NCBI GenBank assembly: GCA_030390025.1
Contig: CM059432.1
Location: forward strand, 146,074,001 to 146,138,000
Length of the DNA: 64,000 nt
Direction of reading: 5' to 3'
Source: Squalus acanthias
Lineage: Eukaryota
Shown: positions 23,375 through 36,355 of the stretch, in pieces
Layout of the letters: the number at the start of each line of letters is the position of its first letter
Position numbering within the stretch: the stretch's first letter is position 1
The notes under the pieces: model-generated
The model's input: the letters and a program-made list of their open reading frames with translations, nothing else
Database searches by the model: none
Told to the model about the DNA's origin: nothing
Position numbers and translations under genes: made by a program

Positions 23375-25922
23375 ATGGCAGATCCACGCCCCAGGGAGAG
23401 AGCCCACAGATTCTATAATCAAACATTGGAGACATTGGTTTTCGCTGTGGAGAGATGGAAGGCTGTGCTCTACCCGGCAAGTGGCAGGAGGCCCTCGCCA
23501 GAAGTCTTCCGCACCATGTGGAGGGAGGTAGCGCAGCACGTCTTGGGCAGCACTGTGGTCGGCAGGACCCACACACAGTGCAGGAAGAAATTTAATGACC
23601 TCACTCGGGTGGTCAGCGTGAGTGAATACTTCAACAAATGACACATCCCACCATCTGAGCCACAATATTCACACACTGCCCAAAGCACCACACACCCAGC
23701 AACAATCTCTACCTACCAACACTCACACCCACATCGCACACCTTGCACACAATGACAGCTATTCAACTGTGGCAGGCACATCACCCAAACACATTGCTCC
23801 ACACTCACTCACACACTTTCCTCTCTCTTGCAGGCCAAGGTGGTGCACAACAGGAGGGAGCAGGAGCGCACAGGCGGGGGACAAGCTAAAACCCACCCTC
23901 TGTCTGTGCTGGAGAATCGAGTGCTGCAGATTATTGGACACCAGGTGGTGGGCGCCATGGCCACCGGCGACGTTGACCCCCTTGGGGACAACAATGGTAT
24001 GTTCATCCCTACTCCTTCTTCTCACATCCCACTTCCCCCTAACCCCACAAGCAAATCGCACTTTCCAGCTAATCATGTTGTATGCAAGAGGAGGAGGAAG
24101 AACACACCACGTCACTGCACCTCTTACCCACAGACTCCGCGGATAATGAAGCAGTCCCTGCCCGCATGCAACAAGACCTGGACGATGTTCAGGCTTGGGT
24201 AATAAGTGGCAGGTAACATTCGCGCCACGCATGTGCCAGGCAATGACTATCGCCAACAAGCGAGAGTCTAACCACAACCCCTTGACATTCAACGGCATTC
24301 CATCGCCGAATCCCCCACCATCAACATCCTGGGGGTCACCATTGACCAGAAACTTAACTGGACCAGCCACATAAATACTGTGGCAACAAGAGCAGGTCAG
24401 AGGCCAGGTGTTCTGCGGCGAGTGTCTCACCTCCCGACTCCACAAAGCCTTTCCACCATCTACAAGGCACAAGTAAGGAGTGTGATGGAATACTCTCCAC
24501 TTGCCTGGATAAGTGCAGCTCCAACAACACTCAAGAAGCTCGACACCATCCAGGACAAAGCAGCCCGCTTGATTGGCACCCCATCCACCACCTTAAACAT
24601 TCACTCCCTCCACCACTGGCGTACTGTGGCTGCAGTGTGTACCATCTACAAGACGCACTGCAGCAACTCGCCAAGGCTTCTTCGGCAGCACCTCCCAAAC
24701 CCGCGACCTCTTCCACCTAGAAGGACAAGGGCAGCAGGCGCATGGGAACACCACCACCTCCAAGTTTCCCTCCAAGTCACACACCATCCTGACTTAGAAG
24801 TATATCGCCGATCCTTCATCGTTGCTGGGTCAAAATCCTGCAACTCCCTCCCTAACAGCACTGTGGGAGTACCCTCACCACACGGACTGCAGCGGTTCAA
24901 GAAGGCGGTTCACCGCCACCTTCTCAAAGGCAATTAGGAATGGGCAATAAATGCTGGCCTTGCCAGCAACGCCCACATCCCATAAACGAATTTTAAAAAA
25001 GATACTGGCACTACGCGTTCTTTAGAGGCTAGTATAGTAGCGGGATCTGCACAGCTCCCCGGAGGGTGAGGTCTGCTGCACAGGACTCAGATGAGGACCT
25101 CAATGGGGAGGCTTTTAGAAGAAGGGTGATGGGCATGCACAAAGAGATGATAGGTGCAATGGCAAGGGTGCCCGAGAGCCCCTCGGCAATAATAAGGAGT
25201 GTGGAGGAGTCCGCCTCCAACATTGCACAAGACTATGTGCACACCATGGAGTCCATCATTTCCAGTCTGCAAAGGATGGTGGACTCCCAGAGAGACCGTG
25301 GCGACCCAGATCTGATGTAGCGTGTGATGGGCGATCTGGCAGCTACCATTGCCGCACAGGCGGAAGCGACGCAACATCTTAGTGCTGTAATGCAGTCTAT
25401 GCTTGGTGGCATCCAATCTCAGACTGCTCTCATGCAGTCTCAGCTTGATGCCACACAAGCTCTGACTGCTGCCATCATGGCTGGGTCTACCACCGTCGAC
25501 CAGGGCTTTACGGTGTTGCAGCAGGCCAGCAATCTGTGCTCCAACAGATTGCTAGGGTTGCTGAGGTGCTGCCCCGGGGGAGTGGCAGTGGGTCAGTGGA
25601 GCAGGAACCTGTTGTCCTCCCTCAGGATGACAGCATTCCTGCTCCCAGCACTGCCACTCCACCATTGCCCTTGTCGCTGCCTGTCATCCAGCCAGCCCAG
25701 ACTGCCGCCACCCATGCTGAGGTGGTGCAGTCTACAGCCGGGCCTTCCAGATCCAAAGCTGGTCGAGGGCGTCCTGTAAGGCCATCTGAAGTCTCCCGCA
25801 CGGACACTCAGCAGCCTTCTACCAGCCCTGCTGCAGCCACTGGGCCAACACTTCATAGGAGCACTAGAGTAGGCAAAGGCACAGTAACGAGTGGCACTCA
25901 GGGATTTCACAAGGGTGAATAG
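23375..25922 (+). pseudogene. Myb/SANT accessory gene of H-B; exons 23375-23617, 23834-23996, then remnant 25000-25922
   Basis: RERAHRF...LETLV...WREVA...RTHTQCRKKFNDL; GTGAGT/TTGCAG and GTATGT splice sites; interrupted by a LINE. Confidence 0.8.
24135..25000 (+). mobile_element. CR1/L2-group LINE 3' end (YKAQVRSVMEY family)
   Basis: ORF 24380..24937 C-terminal ORF2 motifs; same family as 55684-56850. Confidence 0.85.
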
Positions 25923-26139
25923 TTAATATTTTTGGTGTAAATATGTGTTCACTGAATTTTGATAAATTTATTAATTTAGTTTGGATTATTTTGTGGTGTG
26001 TCTCATTTCAGCTTTGCACTGTGATATGGCCTGCGACAGGGATGGAATGATGGGGATGTGGTGAGCAACGGGGATCTGGGGTTTAATTCATTTGTCTTAT
26101 GTTCTTATATTTGAACCTCAGTCTGACGAGACGGTCATG

Positions 26140-27260
26140 GACCGCCCTTCCCAAAGGCCGATTGAGTGGCTGCCTCCTCCCTCACTCCTGTTCCTCCTCC
26201 TTGTCCTCCTCATCGTCCTCCTCGTCTTCCTCCTCCTCTTCCTGAGGTGGTCCCACAATCCCTGGTGGCAAGGGCTGAGCCCTCATGATGGCCAAGTTGT
26301 GGAGCATGCAGCAGGACACCCGCTCAGCCGAGTACTGGAGGGCTCCTCCCGAGCAGTCAAGGCAGCGGAACCGTTGCTTCAGCTGGCCGATGGTCTGCTT
26401 GATGATGTTCCTGGTGGCAGCATGGCTCTCATTATATGAGTGCTGGGCAGGAGTGTTGGGGTTGCGGAGGGGAGTCATGAGCCAGGTGGAGAGCGGATAG
26501 CCCTTGTCTCCGAGCAGCCAGCTGCGAGCTTGATGTGATGGCTGGAAGAGTGCTGGAACACCGGTCTGGTGCAGGATGAAGGCATCGTGGCTGCTGCCAG
26601 GATAGCGGGCGTTGACATTGAAGATTCGCTGTCTGTGGTCGCACACCAACTGCACATTAAGTGAGTGGTAGCCTTAGGGGTTACAGAAGACCTCAGGATT
26701 GTTATGCGGTGCCTGCAAAGCCACGTGGGTGCAATCAATGGCGCCCTGCACCATGGGGAAGCCCGCTATCCTGGCAAAGCCACATACACACTCGTCCTGC
26801 TTCTCTCTGGTGATGGGAAAGGAAATGTAGTCCCTTCTCCTACTGTAGAGAGCCTCTGTGACCTCCCGGATGCAGCGATGGACGGCGAACTGCGAAATGT
26901 TAGCTATGTCTCCTGTTGCAGACTGGAATGATCCGCTGGTGAAGAAATTGAGGGCGACGGTGACCTTGACTGCCACTGGGAGAGCCGTGGTCACCCTGGT
27001 CTGAGGCTCGAGGTCTGGTTGCAGTAGGTGGCAGAGTTCTGTGACCACCTCCTTGGTGAAGCAGAGCCTTCTAATACACTGCTCCTCGCTTAATTGGAGA
27101 TAGGAGCAGTGCTCTCGGAATACCCTCGGAGGGTAAGGCCTCCTGTTGAGAGCCCTGATGGCCCTCCTCCTCCCTCTGGGCACATGTCTTTCTCACTGCC
27201 TCCGCTCCCTCTGCCGTAGATCCTGGAGGGCGAGGTCGACTGCCAGTACAGCCCCCATTA
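26140..27260 (-). pseudogene. HARBI1-like transposase of H-B
   Basis: GAIDCTHV, PGSSHDAFIL, LGDKGYP, YNESH, LHN motifs in ORFs 26674..27183 and 26182..26655. Confidence 0.88.
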
Positions 27261-27844
27261 ATGTAACCATGTGTAGCAGTTTGATTCCTTGAAGAATAAA
27301 TGTAGCTACTTTTTAGTTGCCACAACACTCCTGATACAAAAGAACCTTGAAATCACTGAATTAAACTGTTGGAGTATGTGAAACAGACAAGAAACCACTG
27401 AAACTGCACTAACCTGACAGCTGCGAGTAATTACTGATGATCCCTTTAAATAACGTCCCTGGAGCCGGCTTCCTGGTGCTTCACGCCAGCTCTCCCTGTC
27501 AGTGTTTACTCCAGGCACTAAGGTAGGTGGCGACAATCAATTTAGCAGATCGGGCGGTCAGTGACGTCACGATCCACCTGGCATTGACGTTCCCAGCGAT
27601 AACATCTGCTGACGCTAACAGGTGGCGCCAAGGGGACGAATTTTTCCCCCAGAGTCTGCAGGAAGAGGAGGCATTAGATGTAAAAGCAGATGGACAGGAG
27701 AGCCTGTAGATGAGGGCAAGGTTGGAGGCAAGCTGGCAAGAGAAGTTTGCTAAAGGCTGGCCAAGACTCATCATACGTAGTTTCGGCTTCTTGTGCTTTT
27801 TTAAAGCATTGCAATGCTCTTACACTCACTTGCTTTTCTTTAAG

Positions 27845-30245
27845 AGCACCACCATGTCGCAGTTGATGGCGACTCTAGGCTCTTCCATGGATAGGATGGC
27901 CATCTGCATGGAGCAGCTAATGCGCCACATACAGGAGCACATGGTCTCTATGCAGTATAGATGGCTATCTATGGAGAATAGATGGCAGACACTCAGACCT
28001 CCTCTCTAGGAGGGATGTAAACGTACACTTGGGTCCTCATGGCCCCACTGCAGTGCAGCAAGGTGCTCTCCAGCTCCTTGCTAGCAGGGAAGTGCGGGTG
28101 GCCCATGAGAGGGATGAAGATGAGAGGGCACATGGAAGTGGGGGCTCCTCTTAAAACACTGACACATCTCCCCCATTGCCACTCCCTCAGTCAGAGCCCC
28201 AGAAGCCTTCTCGGACAGCGATGGGCGAGTCTGCCCCTGCACAGTCGCAGGAGGAGCAGACTTTGGCGGGGCCCTCACAGGCTCCAAAACCCAGAGGACG
28301 TCCATGAGCATCTAAGCATTCGCAGCAGGGAAGTGAGTAGGCTGCCTCTACCTCTGCTGAAGCCACAGGGGTAGCACCTCAAAGAAGCACGTGTAAGAGA
28401 AAGATGACACACAAGTAGACTCACAAGGGAAGCCACTTGGATGTTTTATCCAATGTTTCTGTAAAGTTTCCGTTAGTGTGATGTCACACATAAAAATCTT
28501 TATTTTCACCACTTGGACAAATTTGTGTGCACCTTTGGAAGTGGCTTAGTTAGTTGGAGTGAATAACGTTACCTCCAGCAATGGCGGCCAGTGTGAAAGG
28601 AATGGCTTGGTCATTGTAGGGATGCTTTATGGTGTTGCTGTGGGGTGGTGCCAACCTGGCGCAGCATGTGGCAGCCATATGGGTGTACTGTGTAAAGTTA
28701 AGTAAATCTGGCCATGAAGAGCCCATCTCTGGGTGGGATCTGGACCGCAGGTTCCTCCTGCTCCTCCTCCTGCTTGTCTTCCAGCTGATGCTCCTCCTCC
28801 TGTGAAGAGGCTGTGCGCTCAGTGCCTTGCTCCTCATGCAGTGCTAATCCTCACTGCTGCACAATGTTGTGCAGGGCGTAGCAGACCACGATGATTCTGG
28901 AGACTCTGGCTGGTGCGTACTGAAGGGCTCCTCCAGATCTGTCAAGGCATCTGAAGCACATTTTCAGCATGCCTATTGTCTGCTCTATGACACATCTGGT
29001 GGAAATGTGGCTTTCATTATATCTCTCCTGGGCCTCAGTACTTGGCCTCCTCAAGGGTGTCATAAGCTATGTCTTCAGTGGATAGCCCTTGTCTCCAAGC
29101 AGCCAGCTGGAAAGTCTGTTTGGAGGAGCGAAGAGCTGAGGGAGGGTGGACTGGCGCAGGATGAAAGAGTCATGGCAGCTGCCAGGGAATTTGGCGCACA
29201 CATGCATGATGATCTTCCTATGGTTGCACATTGAGGGAGTGGAAGCCCTTGCGGTTGACAAAGACTCCTGGGTGATGATGGGGTGCCTTGATGGCCACAT
29301 GTGTGCAGTTGATGACGCCCTGCACCCGTGGGAAGCCAGCCAGAGCAGCAAAGCCGAGCGCCCGCTCAGTAACACTGGCTTCATCAGTGGAAAAGTTGAT
29401 ATAATTGGCTGACTTGTCAAACAGGGCATCGGTGACCAGTATGAAGCATTTGTGGGCGCCGACTGTGAGATGCCGCAAATGTCTGCTGCAGATCCCTGGA
29501 AGCAGCCTGAGGCGAAGAAGTTGAGGGCACTGGTGACTTTGATAGCCACTGGTAAGGCATGTCCACCCGCTCCTCTGGGCTGCAGGTCTTGTTCCAGCAA
29601 GCTGCAAATGTCTGTGATGACCTGGCGCGATAGCCTGAGCCTCCTTTGGCACTGCTGCTCAATCATGTTGAGGAAGCTCATCCTCTGCCTGTATACCCTG
29701 TGTTGGGGGTATCGCCTCTGGCACGGTGCAGCCTTGCGCTGATGCCCTCTGTCCTGTGCAGCATCAGGTGGTTGAGGAGAAGGTTGGTGGTGGTGCTGTT
29801 GGTGCTGTTGGTGTGCCTGGTGCTGTTGGTGTTGGGGCTTATCGTGCTCCGATTCTGAGGACCTTGGTGAGACAGTATAGATGCACCCATGCTGACGGAA
29901 TAGATGGCAGGTCAAGTAGAGATGACAGAAGCAATCTGTCAATGATGTAATAGGTTCTAACAATGATGTGACACTGGATAGCGACTTTGCTGGAAACACT
30001 TGCAGCCTGTAGAAAGCTAAATCTGTTTAAAAAGACTCTTACGGGTCTGACAACAAGCTGATAATGATTTAAATTAGCTCACCCGCCTCTGCCGTTCGGG
30101 TCGCTGAAGCGCCAGCAAATGCGCCCGTGGGAAAGGCGCGTGGGGGCGGGATGACAGCAGGTTTCCGACCCGCTCCAAGATATTGCAAATTTCCCACCCG
30201 ACCCGCCTCCGATCACACCCACGCGGTCCCCAGAAAATTCCAGCC
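27845..30245 (-). mobile_element. Harbinger H-C (H-A family, inverted): transposase 29890-28710 on -, 3' part of Myb gene 27845-28420 on +
   Basis: Colinear with 17478-20000 in reverse; PGSCHDSFIL and GDKGYP motifs; terminus GAAAATTCCAGCC at 30233-30245. Confidence 0.85.
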
Positions 30246-30661
30246 TCCGTATTTTCACATTTTGGGAGTTGGATGATGGCAGGATAAAGATAGACTTCTG
30301 TCTTAGGAAGGACCTTGGCAGGGGAATGGGGTGGAAGCTAGCTACACTTTTTTGACCCTACTTAAATGTGGCGGGCTTCTGGTGGGCCTTAAAGGGAAAT
30401 AGCAAATTTTTTGAGGGAGAATTCAGAGCAGTTTTTTTGCAGCAGATTTGAAGCGGTGGCCATTAAAGAATGGGTTCCTCAGCAAAGAGCAGATCACCAA
30501 AACAACAGCCCTCAACTCTTTCCCTCTAAAGGAGAGAGACTTAGCTAGACGAAAGATATCAGAGCTCTGACAAAAGACCATAACAGCTAATGAAGATCAG
30601 GCAGACTTGCTGCAGGTTGAGGCGAATGTTATTTTATTTATAACACACTTAGCAAAACATG

Positions 30662-31556
30662 GGGGGGAAAATTCAGTTGGTTGCGCCTCCCCTTAGCGCC
30701 TTAAGAGGGCGCTAATGGGGCGCAAAGCATTTAGCGCCCAGGTGCGGCGATGTTTGCGCCGCTCGCGAAATTAACTAGACATTTTGCAGCGGCGCTAAAC
30801 ACTACCGCCACGATCTCCTGCGCCGGCAGATCGTGACGTCAGTCGAGTGCGCAACGCCCCGGTATCGTCCCGGAGCAGATATTGAGTGGCGCCCCCTGCC
30901 TTACCGCCTGACGCTAGCAACGACAGGTTGAGGGGAGCGTTTTGCAGTCATGAAGGGACTGGGGGAGCGCTATTTAAAGGCGACCGCTTCCTGCCTTTTA
31001 TTGTTGGTGCCATTTTTGAACCACGCATTCTGAGAGAGAGAGAGAGAGAGACTTCTGGAGAGATTCAACGCTGTGTGAAGGAGTTTTGGGTACTGAGCAG
31101 CACTTTGCAGGTTCATTTTGATTTGCCATTCCTTGTATCGATTTAGAAGAGACTGTGGGGGCTGCACTCTAAGCTCTTTCCCTGTTACTCTCCATTGTTC
31201 TTTCCAGCAGATTTGATGTACAGGTCTCTCCAGGCTGGGATTCAAGTCTGCAATGAGCAGGATGTGGATGGAAAGCAAGATCAACCATCCCCTTTAAGAA
31301 CTGGCCGGTGCCATTGTGTGTGTGTTCCATTGCTGACTGACATCACATGAGCTTCACCAGCGCTCTGAGGTAGCGCCTCGCTCCTCGGCCTTTGCGCCTT
31401 AAGATAGGTGTGAAGCGCCTGATTTAGCGCTCCAATCACCTCCAGGGGCGATAAAAGTCAAGTTTGCAGTCGGTGGCGATAATTAGCGCCAGGCGCTAAT
31501 CTTTGCGCCCGGCCGATAATTGCGCCCCAAATGGGGCGATACTGAATTTCTCCCCC
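30662..31556 (+). mobile_element. Harbinger MITE family M, copy 2
   Basis: TIRs GGGGGGAAAATTCAG / CTGAATTTCTCCCCC, ATG duplication, internal (GA)n. Confidence 0.9.
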
Positions 31557-31701
31557 ATGGACTCTCATTCTGAACATGATGGTGTTCAGCTGCGAAAATC
31601 CAAACTAAACTGAACGAAACTGAGTTTAAAGAAGAAAGGCATATACAGTAGTTGGTGCGTGAGGGATAAATCAAACATATTCTGCTGCCTGAGGAACAGT
31701 A

Positions 31702-31852
31702 CGGGTGAAATTGTTTTTCGGTGAAAGCGGCGGTAGCGAATCGGCAGCCGTTTTACACCGTGCCCGAAAAAAAAAATTGATCGTGGTGTAAAACGGTCTG
31801 CCGATTCGCTATCGCCCGTTTCGCGCTTTGGCCAAAGACCCAATTTCACCCC
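31702..31852. mobile_element. About 150-bp palindromic MITE
   Basis: GGGTGAAATTG / CAATTTCACCC ends and internal arms GGCGGTAGCGAATCGGCAG..CCGTTTTACACC / GGTGTAAAACGG..CTGCCGATTCGCTATCGCC. Confidence 0.7.
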
Positions 31853-32197
31853 TAGCCTCTTTTTAAACTATTTTAGATGGGTACTAAGTTGAGCCTTGTG
31901 GGTAAAATGATGTTTCCTCCATGTTCGTGGAGTGGAGATGTACGGCACTCTATCATTGGATTGCAGGATATTTTGGCAGTTGCGCCTTTTAAATGGTGAT
32001 TTAGGTACTTAAGAGGTTTTAAAGAAGCATTATTATTATAACATGCAATTGCTGAAAACGAATGCCTGTTTCACTAAATGACCTGCAGGAAAATTACATC
32101 ACCCACCATTTTGCATGGCATTCATTAAACTCTACAAAAGAATGCGTATGTAACTCTTTTTCGCAAAAACAGGGAATTATAGCCCTGAGTGTCTTAC

Positions 32198-32351
32198 CAG
32201 AGAGTCTGCTTTCTGAAGACATTAAAGAAGTTGCAGAAATATATTCAGGTGTCCTAATGGTGAGCGTAGGTCTGCGTTCAGACTGAGCAATAATCATTGG
32301 AATTTCGCTCTTTGCTTCAGTGAACATCGCCTTAGTTTGGGTAACGGAAGC
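32198..32351 (-). CDS. RGS22: RGS22 coding exon (154 nt, phase 0/1): ASVTQTKAMFTEAKSE...ESRLS
   Basis: Acceptor gcctctgtAG, donor GTaaga; starts ASVTQTK like RGS22 ASYTQTK; phases fit both neighbours. Confidence 0.8.
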
Positions 32352-33869
32352 CTACAGAGGCAAATTTGTTACTTGTGATAATTATTTAGAACATTCTGCT
32401 CAGAAACAATTTTATCGTTGGTTGTGCATTTGGTTAACAATACATGTACTCATCTAAGGTAATAGCAGGAACTCAATAGAGCTATGAGCAACATGGACAT
32501 GTTATGAAGATATGTATCTTTGCTTTCTGCTTGTGAATGCTAAAAATTGTTTGCACTCCTCCCAATAATGAATCCTTCGCTCCGATCCTCTGTTAGGAGA
32601 TTTAACACTTCCCTTCTCCTTCCTATCTGTCAAGAAAAAAATTTATTGGTGTTTTTTCTAAGTCATTAACCCTGGGGCAGATGTGAACTGCTTTATACAA
32701 TGACATTACCATCAATGTAAAAGGATACATTTATCCAGATAGTCACACTCTATTTTCTGAAAACAACTACCATAAGGATTCAATAAATAATCTACACTAC
32801 ATGGGCATGTATATTTCATTATGGCCTCGAATTTCCTCAGCGCCAGTGAAGTTCTTGGGGTGCAATTCCGGTGGAGAGGAAGTGGAGGAGCCTGTCGAGA
32901 ACCGGGGTGGGGTCCTAGTAAAGCTGGGTCTCCATCTCAAGGATCATCGACATCGAATTCCTGCTCGGGGTAAGTATGGGCAGAAAATAGGAGGCGGGGT
33001 TAGGGTTAGGATCCGATGAAATAGTGTAACCCATTGGATATCCAGCAGCTGTCAACTCCTCTGCCCTGATTGTACTGTATGCTGGCAAGATACCTTTGTC
33101 CAGTACTATGGAGGGCTATAGTATGCAAGGACAGTGGAGTTGAGGGTGGGTTTTTTGAGAATTGGTTTTGAAAAGGAGGGGGACAATACCTTAGCGGAAG
33201 AAACCATTTACAATGTCAGCCAGCATGGGGGCCAGGAAGGAAAGTTGAGTAGTCAGCACTTTAGTGGCAATGGGTTTCAAGGGAGCAGGAAGTGGGTCTC
33301 ATTAATGAGATGGGCTCAGAAAGAGCATGAGGGGAGATGGAAAAGAAACTAGAGAAAGACGTGGGGGGGGGTGGGGTGGTTAAGGCTCGCAAGGGGGGGC
33401 CTGGGGAGGTTTGATTTGTTGGGCAAGTGGAAGAGGCGGAAGCAGCAGAGGCAACTGAACAGATGGCTCAATCCAAGTAACAAATAAGTCCATGAGCTCC
33501 TCGCACTTGCTGTTGAAGGCAAGGATGGAGGCCGTAAAGGAGAGGGATTTAGGAAGATTGTTGGTAATGGAGAAAAAAAGCCAGGATGCTCTCCAAGATG
33601 ATCCTGGAGTAGTGGGCCGTTTTGGCAGAGGAGAGTGAAGCCTGACAGCGCTTGATGTGGACCAGCCAGATATGCTGATGGATGGCTAAACCAGTTGTAG
33701 GTTTAGGGGGCCAAACTCACCGACGCCATCATTTGTAAAGTGGCGCTGCTGCCTTTCTTTGGCGCAGTCCAAATGGAGTGGTTCACTGTTGGCGATGTCG
33801 TCTTTTGGAATGAGGCGTAAATCTGAGGTCCTGTCTACCCTTGGTGGATGTAAAAGGTCGCACGGCACT

Positions 33870-34200
33870 AACATTAATGACCTGGACTTGGATATACAGG
33901 GCACAATTTCAAAGTTTGCAGGTGACATGAAACTTGGAAATGTAGTTAAACAATGACGGGGATATTAACAGACTTCAGGAGAACATAGACAAACTGGTGA
34001 AATGGGCAGAAACATGACAGATGAATTTTAATACAGAGATAGGATGAATGAGGAGAGGCAATATAAACTAAATGGTACAATTTTAAAGGGGCGCAGGAAG
34101 ATAGAGACCTGGGGGTGTATGTAATCCTTGAAGGTGACACGACAAGTTGAGAAGACTGTTAAAAAAGCATCTGGGATCCTTGGCTTTATTAACAGAGGCA
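33870..34200 (+). mobile_element. Decayed CR1 RT fragment
   Basis: INDLDLDIQGTISKFAGDMKLG (FADD region). Confidence 0.75.
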
Positions 34201-34203
34201 GTG

Positions 34204-36355
34204 CGGGCTAAATTGGGCTCGAGAGCACCCGTTTTTCAGGCGCTACATGGCCACCTAATGCTCAAAAATAGAGTCTGAGGTGCGCACGTACGCTTCAGAC
34301 GGGAAGTGCGGAGGACGCCATTTTGGTAAAGGGGCTTGCACGCGTGCGCCTAACGACCTCTGGCAGCATGCAGAGCGGGCAGATCATGACGCGAATCTGT
34401 GTGAAACGCTGATTTGATGCCAGCGTTGCCATTTTCGAACTGCACGCTCCAGCCAACACCCTATCTTAACCTCGCACAGCTGAACATGGCGTTAAATGGG
34501 ATGAAGGAACCCCTCACCAGCTCTGTTTAAAGGGAACATGTGCTACTTACAGGTTAGTTGCTGGATTATTTCTTCTGGCTGCTGGTGCGATTGTACATGA
34601 TTTTGGAGCTTTCCTACAGTGGGCTACAGTTTGAATACTCGACCAGCACTGGTCTGGGTGGCGTTGAAGTAGTTATTTGGTCATTAAAAACGTTGTGCTG
34701 AAAGAAGTTGCTGCCGACATGGATGGCCTGGTAGGGCTTCTTCTGGGTATTGAACACGACTGGGAAAATGAAGAGAGGACGCACAGAGCAGGACAAGCTG
34801 CTAGGAGGGGGAGGAGGGTTAGAAGAGCTCTCAGCAGGAGGCCATATCCGCCGGGTGTCTTCAGGGAGCAATTCTCTTACCTCAACTTCAGCGAGGACCA
34901 ATGCATGAGACTTCTTCGCTTCATAAAAGAGGTCGTGACTGAAAATCTGCCAACAGATGCAGCTACAACTGCAACCTCAAAGCAGGGCAAGGACAGCATT
35001 GCCTGTGGCTGTCAAGGTGATCGTGGCTCTTGACTTTTATGCGTCTGGCTCTCTTCCAGGCTGCTGCTGGAGGTATCAGCAATATCTCGCAGTTTGCAAT
35101 GCGCTGCTGCATAAGGGAGGTCACTGAGGCTCTCTATACACAGAAATACAGTTTCATCTCATTCCCTCTTGTCAGAGACAAGCAGGTGGAACAAGCACGA
35201 GGTTTTGCATGAATTGCACACATCCCCACGGTGCAGGATGCCTCTGACAGTACGCATATTGCCTTGCGAGCGCCTCATGTGAACTGTGCCATTTTCATGT
35301 TCGCAACCTTGGTGTCATATTTGACCCAGAAATGAACTTCCGACCACATATCCGCGGCATAACTAAGACCGCCTATTTCCTTCACCGTAACATCGCCTGT
35401 CTCCGCCCCTGCCTCAGCTCATCCGCTGCTGAAACCCTCATCCATGCCTTTGTTACCTCTAGATTTGACTATTTCAACGCACTCCTGGCCGGCCTCCCGC
35501 GTTCTACCCTACGTAAACCTGAGGTCATCCAAAACTCGGCTGCCCGTGTCCTAACTCACACCAAGTCCCGTTCGCCCATCACCCCTGTGCTCGCTGACCT
35601 GCACTGGCTCCCGGTTAAGCAGCGCCTTGATTTCAAAATTCTCATCCTTGTTTTCAGATCCCTCCATGGCCTCGCCCCTCCCTGTCTCTGTAATTTCCTC
35701 CAACCAGACAAACCTCCGAGATATCTGCGCTCCTCTAATTCTGCCCTCTTGAGCATCCCTGATTATAATCGCTCAACCATTGGTGGCCGTGCCTTCTGTT
35801 GCCCAGGCCCTAAGCTCTGCAATTCCCTGCCGAAACCTCTCCGCCTCACTACCTCTCATTCCTCCTTTAAGACGCTCCTTAAAACCTACCTCTTTGACCA
35901 AGCTTTTGATCATCTGCCCTAATTTATCCTTATGTGGCTCGGTGTCAAATTTATAATGTCTTATAATACTCCTGTGAAGCGCCTTGGGACGTTTTACTAC
36001 GTTAAAGGTGCTATATAAATACAAGTTGTTGTTGCTGTTGTAGCCATTGTTGATTGTTGCACAGCACACTATTCCCAATGATCTCAGCACCTCCAGCAGC
36101 CACAATGCCTTTTGAAAAGTGCAGGCTAGCTTTAAGTAGTGCAGGCTAGCTTTAAGTAGTGCTAGGCGGTAACCATATTGGGCCCCCTGCTGATCCGTGC
36201 AGCCAATGAGCAGCACGGGAACACTGGCTGCACGCAGAAATCATTATAATGAGCAGGCAGCACAAAGTTGGCATGCTGCCTGCCTTCCAATGAATGGGCA
36301 CGGGTTCATCGTGATCCCCCCTGCCCGTTTTAGGGGGCTAACCAATTTAACCCCC
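34204..36355 (+). mobile_element. Harbinger relic (transposase 5' half 34719-35300) interrupted by L2
   Basis: Ends GGGCTAAATTGG / CCAATTTAACCCC; ALSRRPYPPGVFREQFSYL and ISQFA..CCIREVTEALY match the H-B transposase. Confidence 0.75.
35300..36040 (+). mobile_element. L2 LINE 3' end
   Basis: ORF 35332..35922 near-identical to 52155..53312; (GTT)n tail. Confidence 0.9.

Larger units (their letters stand above)
22115..27650 (-). mobile_element. Full-length PIF/Harbinger transposon H-B (different family), with nested MITE and LINE
   Basis: Ends GGGCTAGAAATTC / GAATTTTTCCCCC with AGA on both sides; Myb gene on +, transposase on -. Confidence 0.8.

Noticed and set aside
18092..29999. Calling the transposases HARBI1 or the Myb genes NAIF1/MSANTD
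   Set aside because: Multicopy, TIR-bounded and disrupted: transposon copies, not domesticated genes.
31557..31590. Good-looking acceptor (ttttcgcAG) giving AEHHHVQNESP, possibly an exon disrupted by MITE M copy 2
   Set aside because: The reconstructed empty site has no convincing donor and reaches a stop; the gene model is complete without it.
36119..36162. 20-bp tandem duplication GTGCAGGCTAGCTTTAAGTA
   Set aside because: Simple local slippage inside a TE relic; no further structure.
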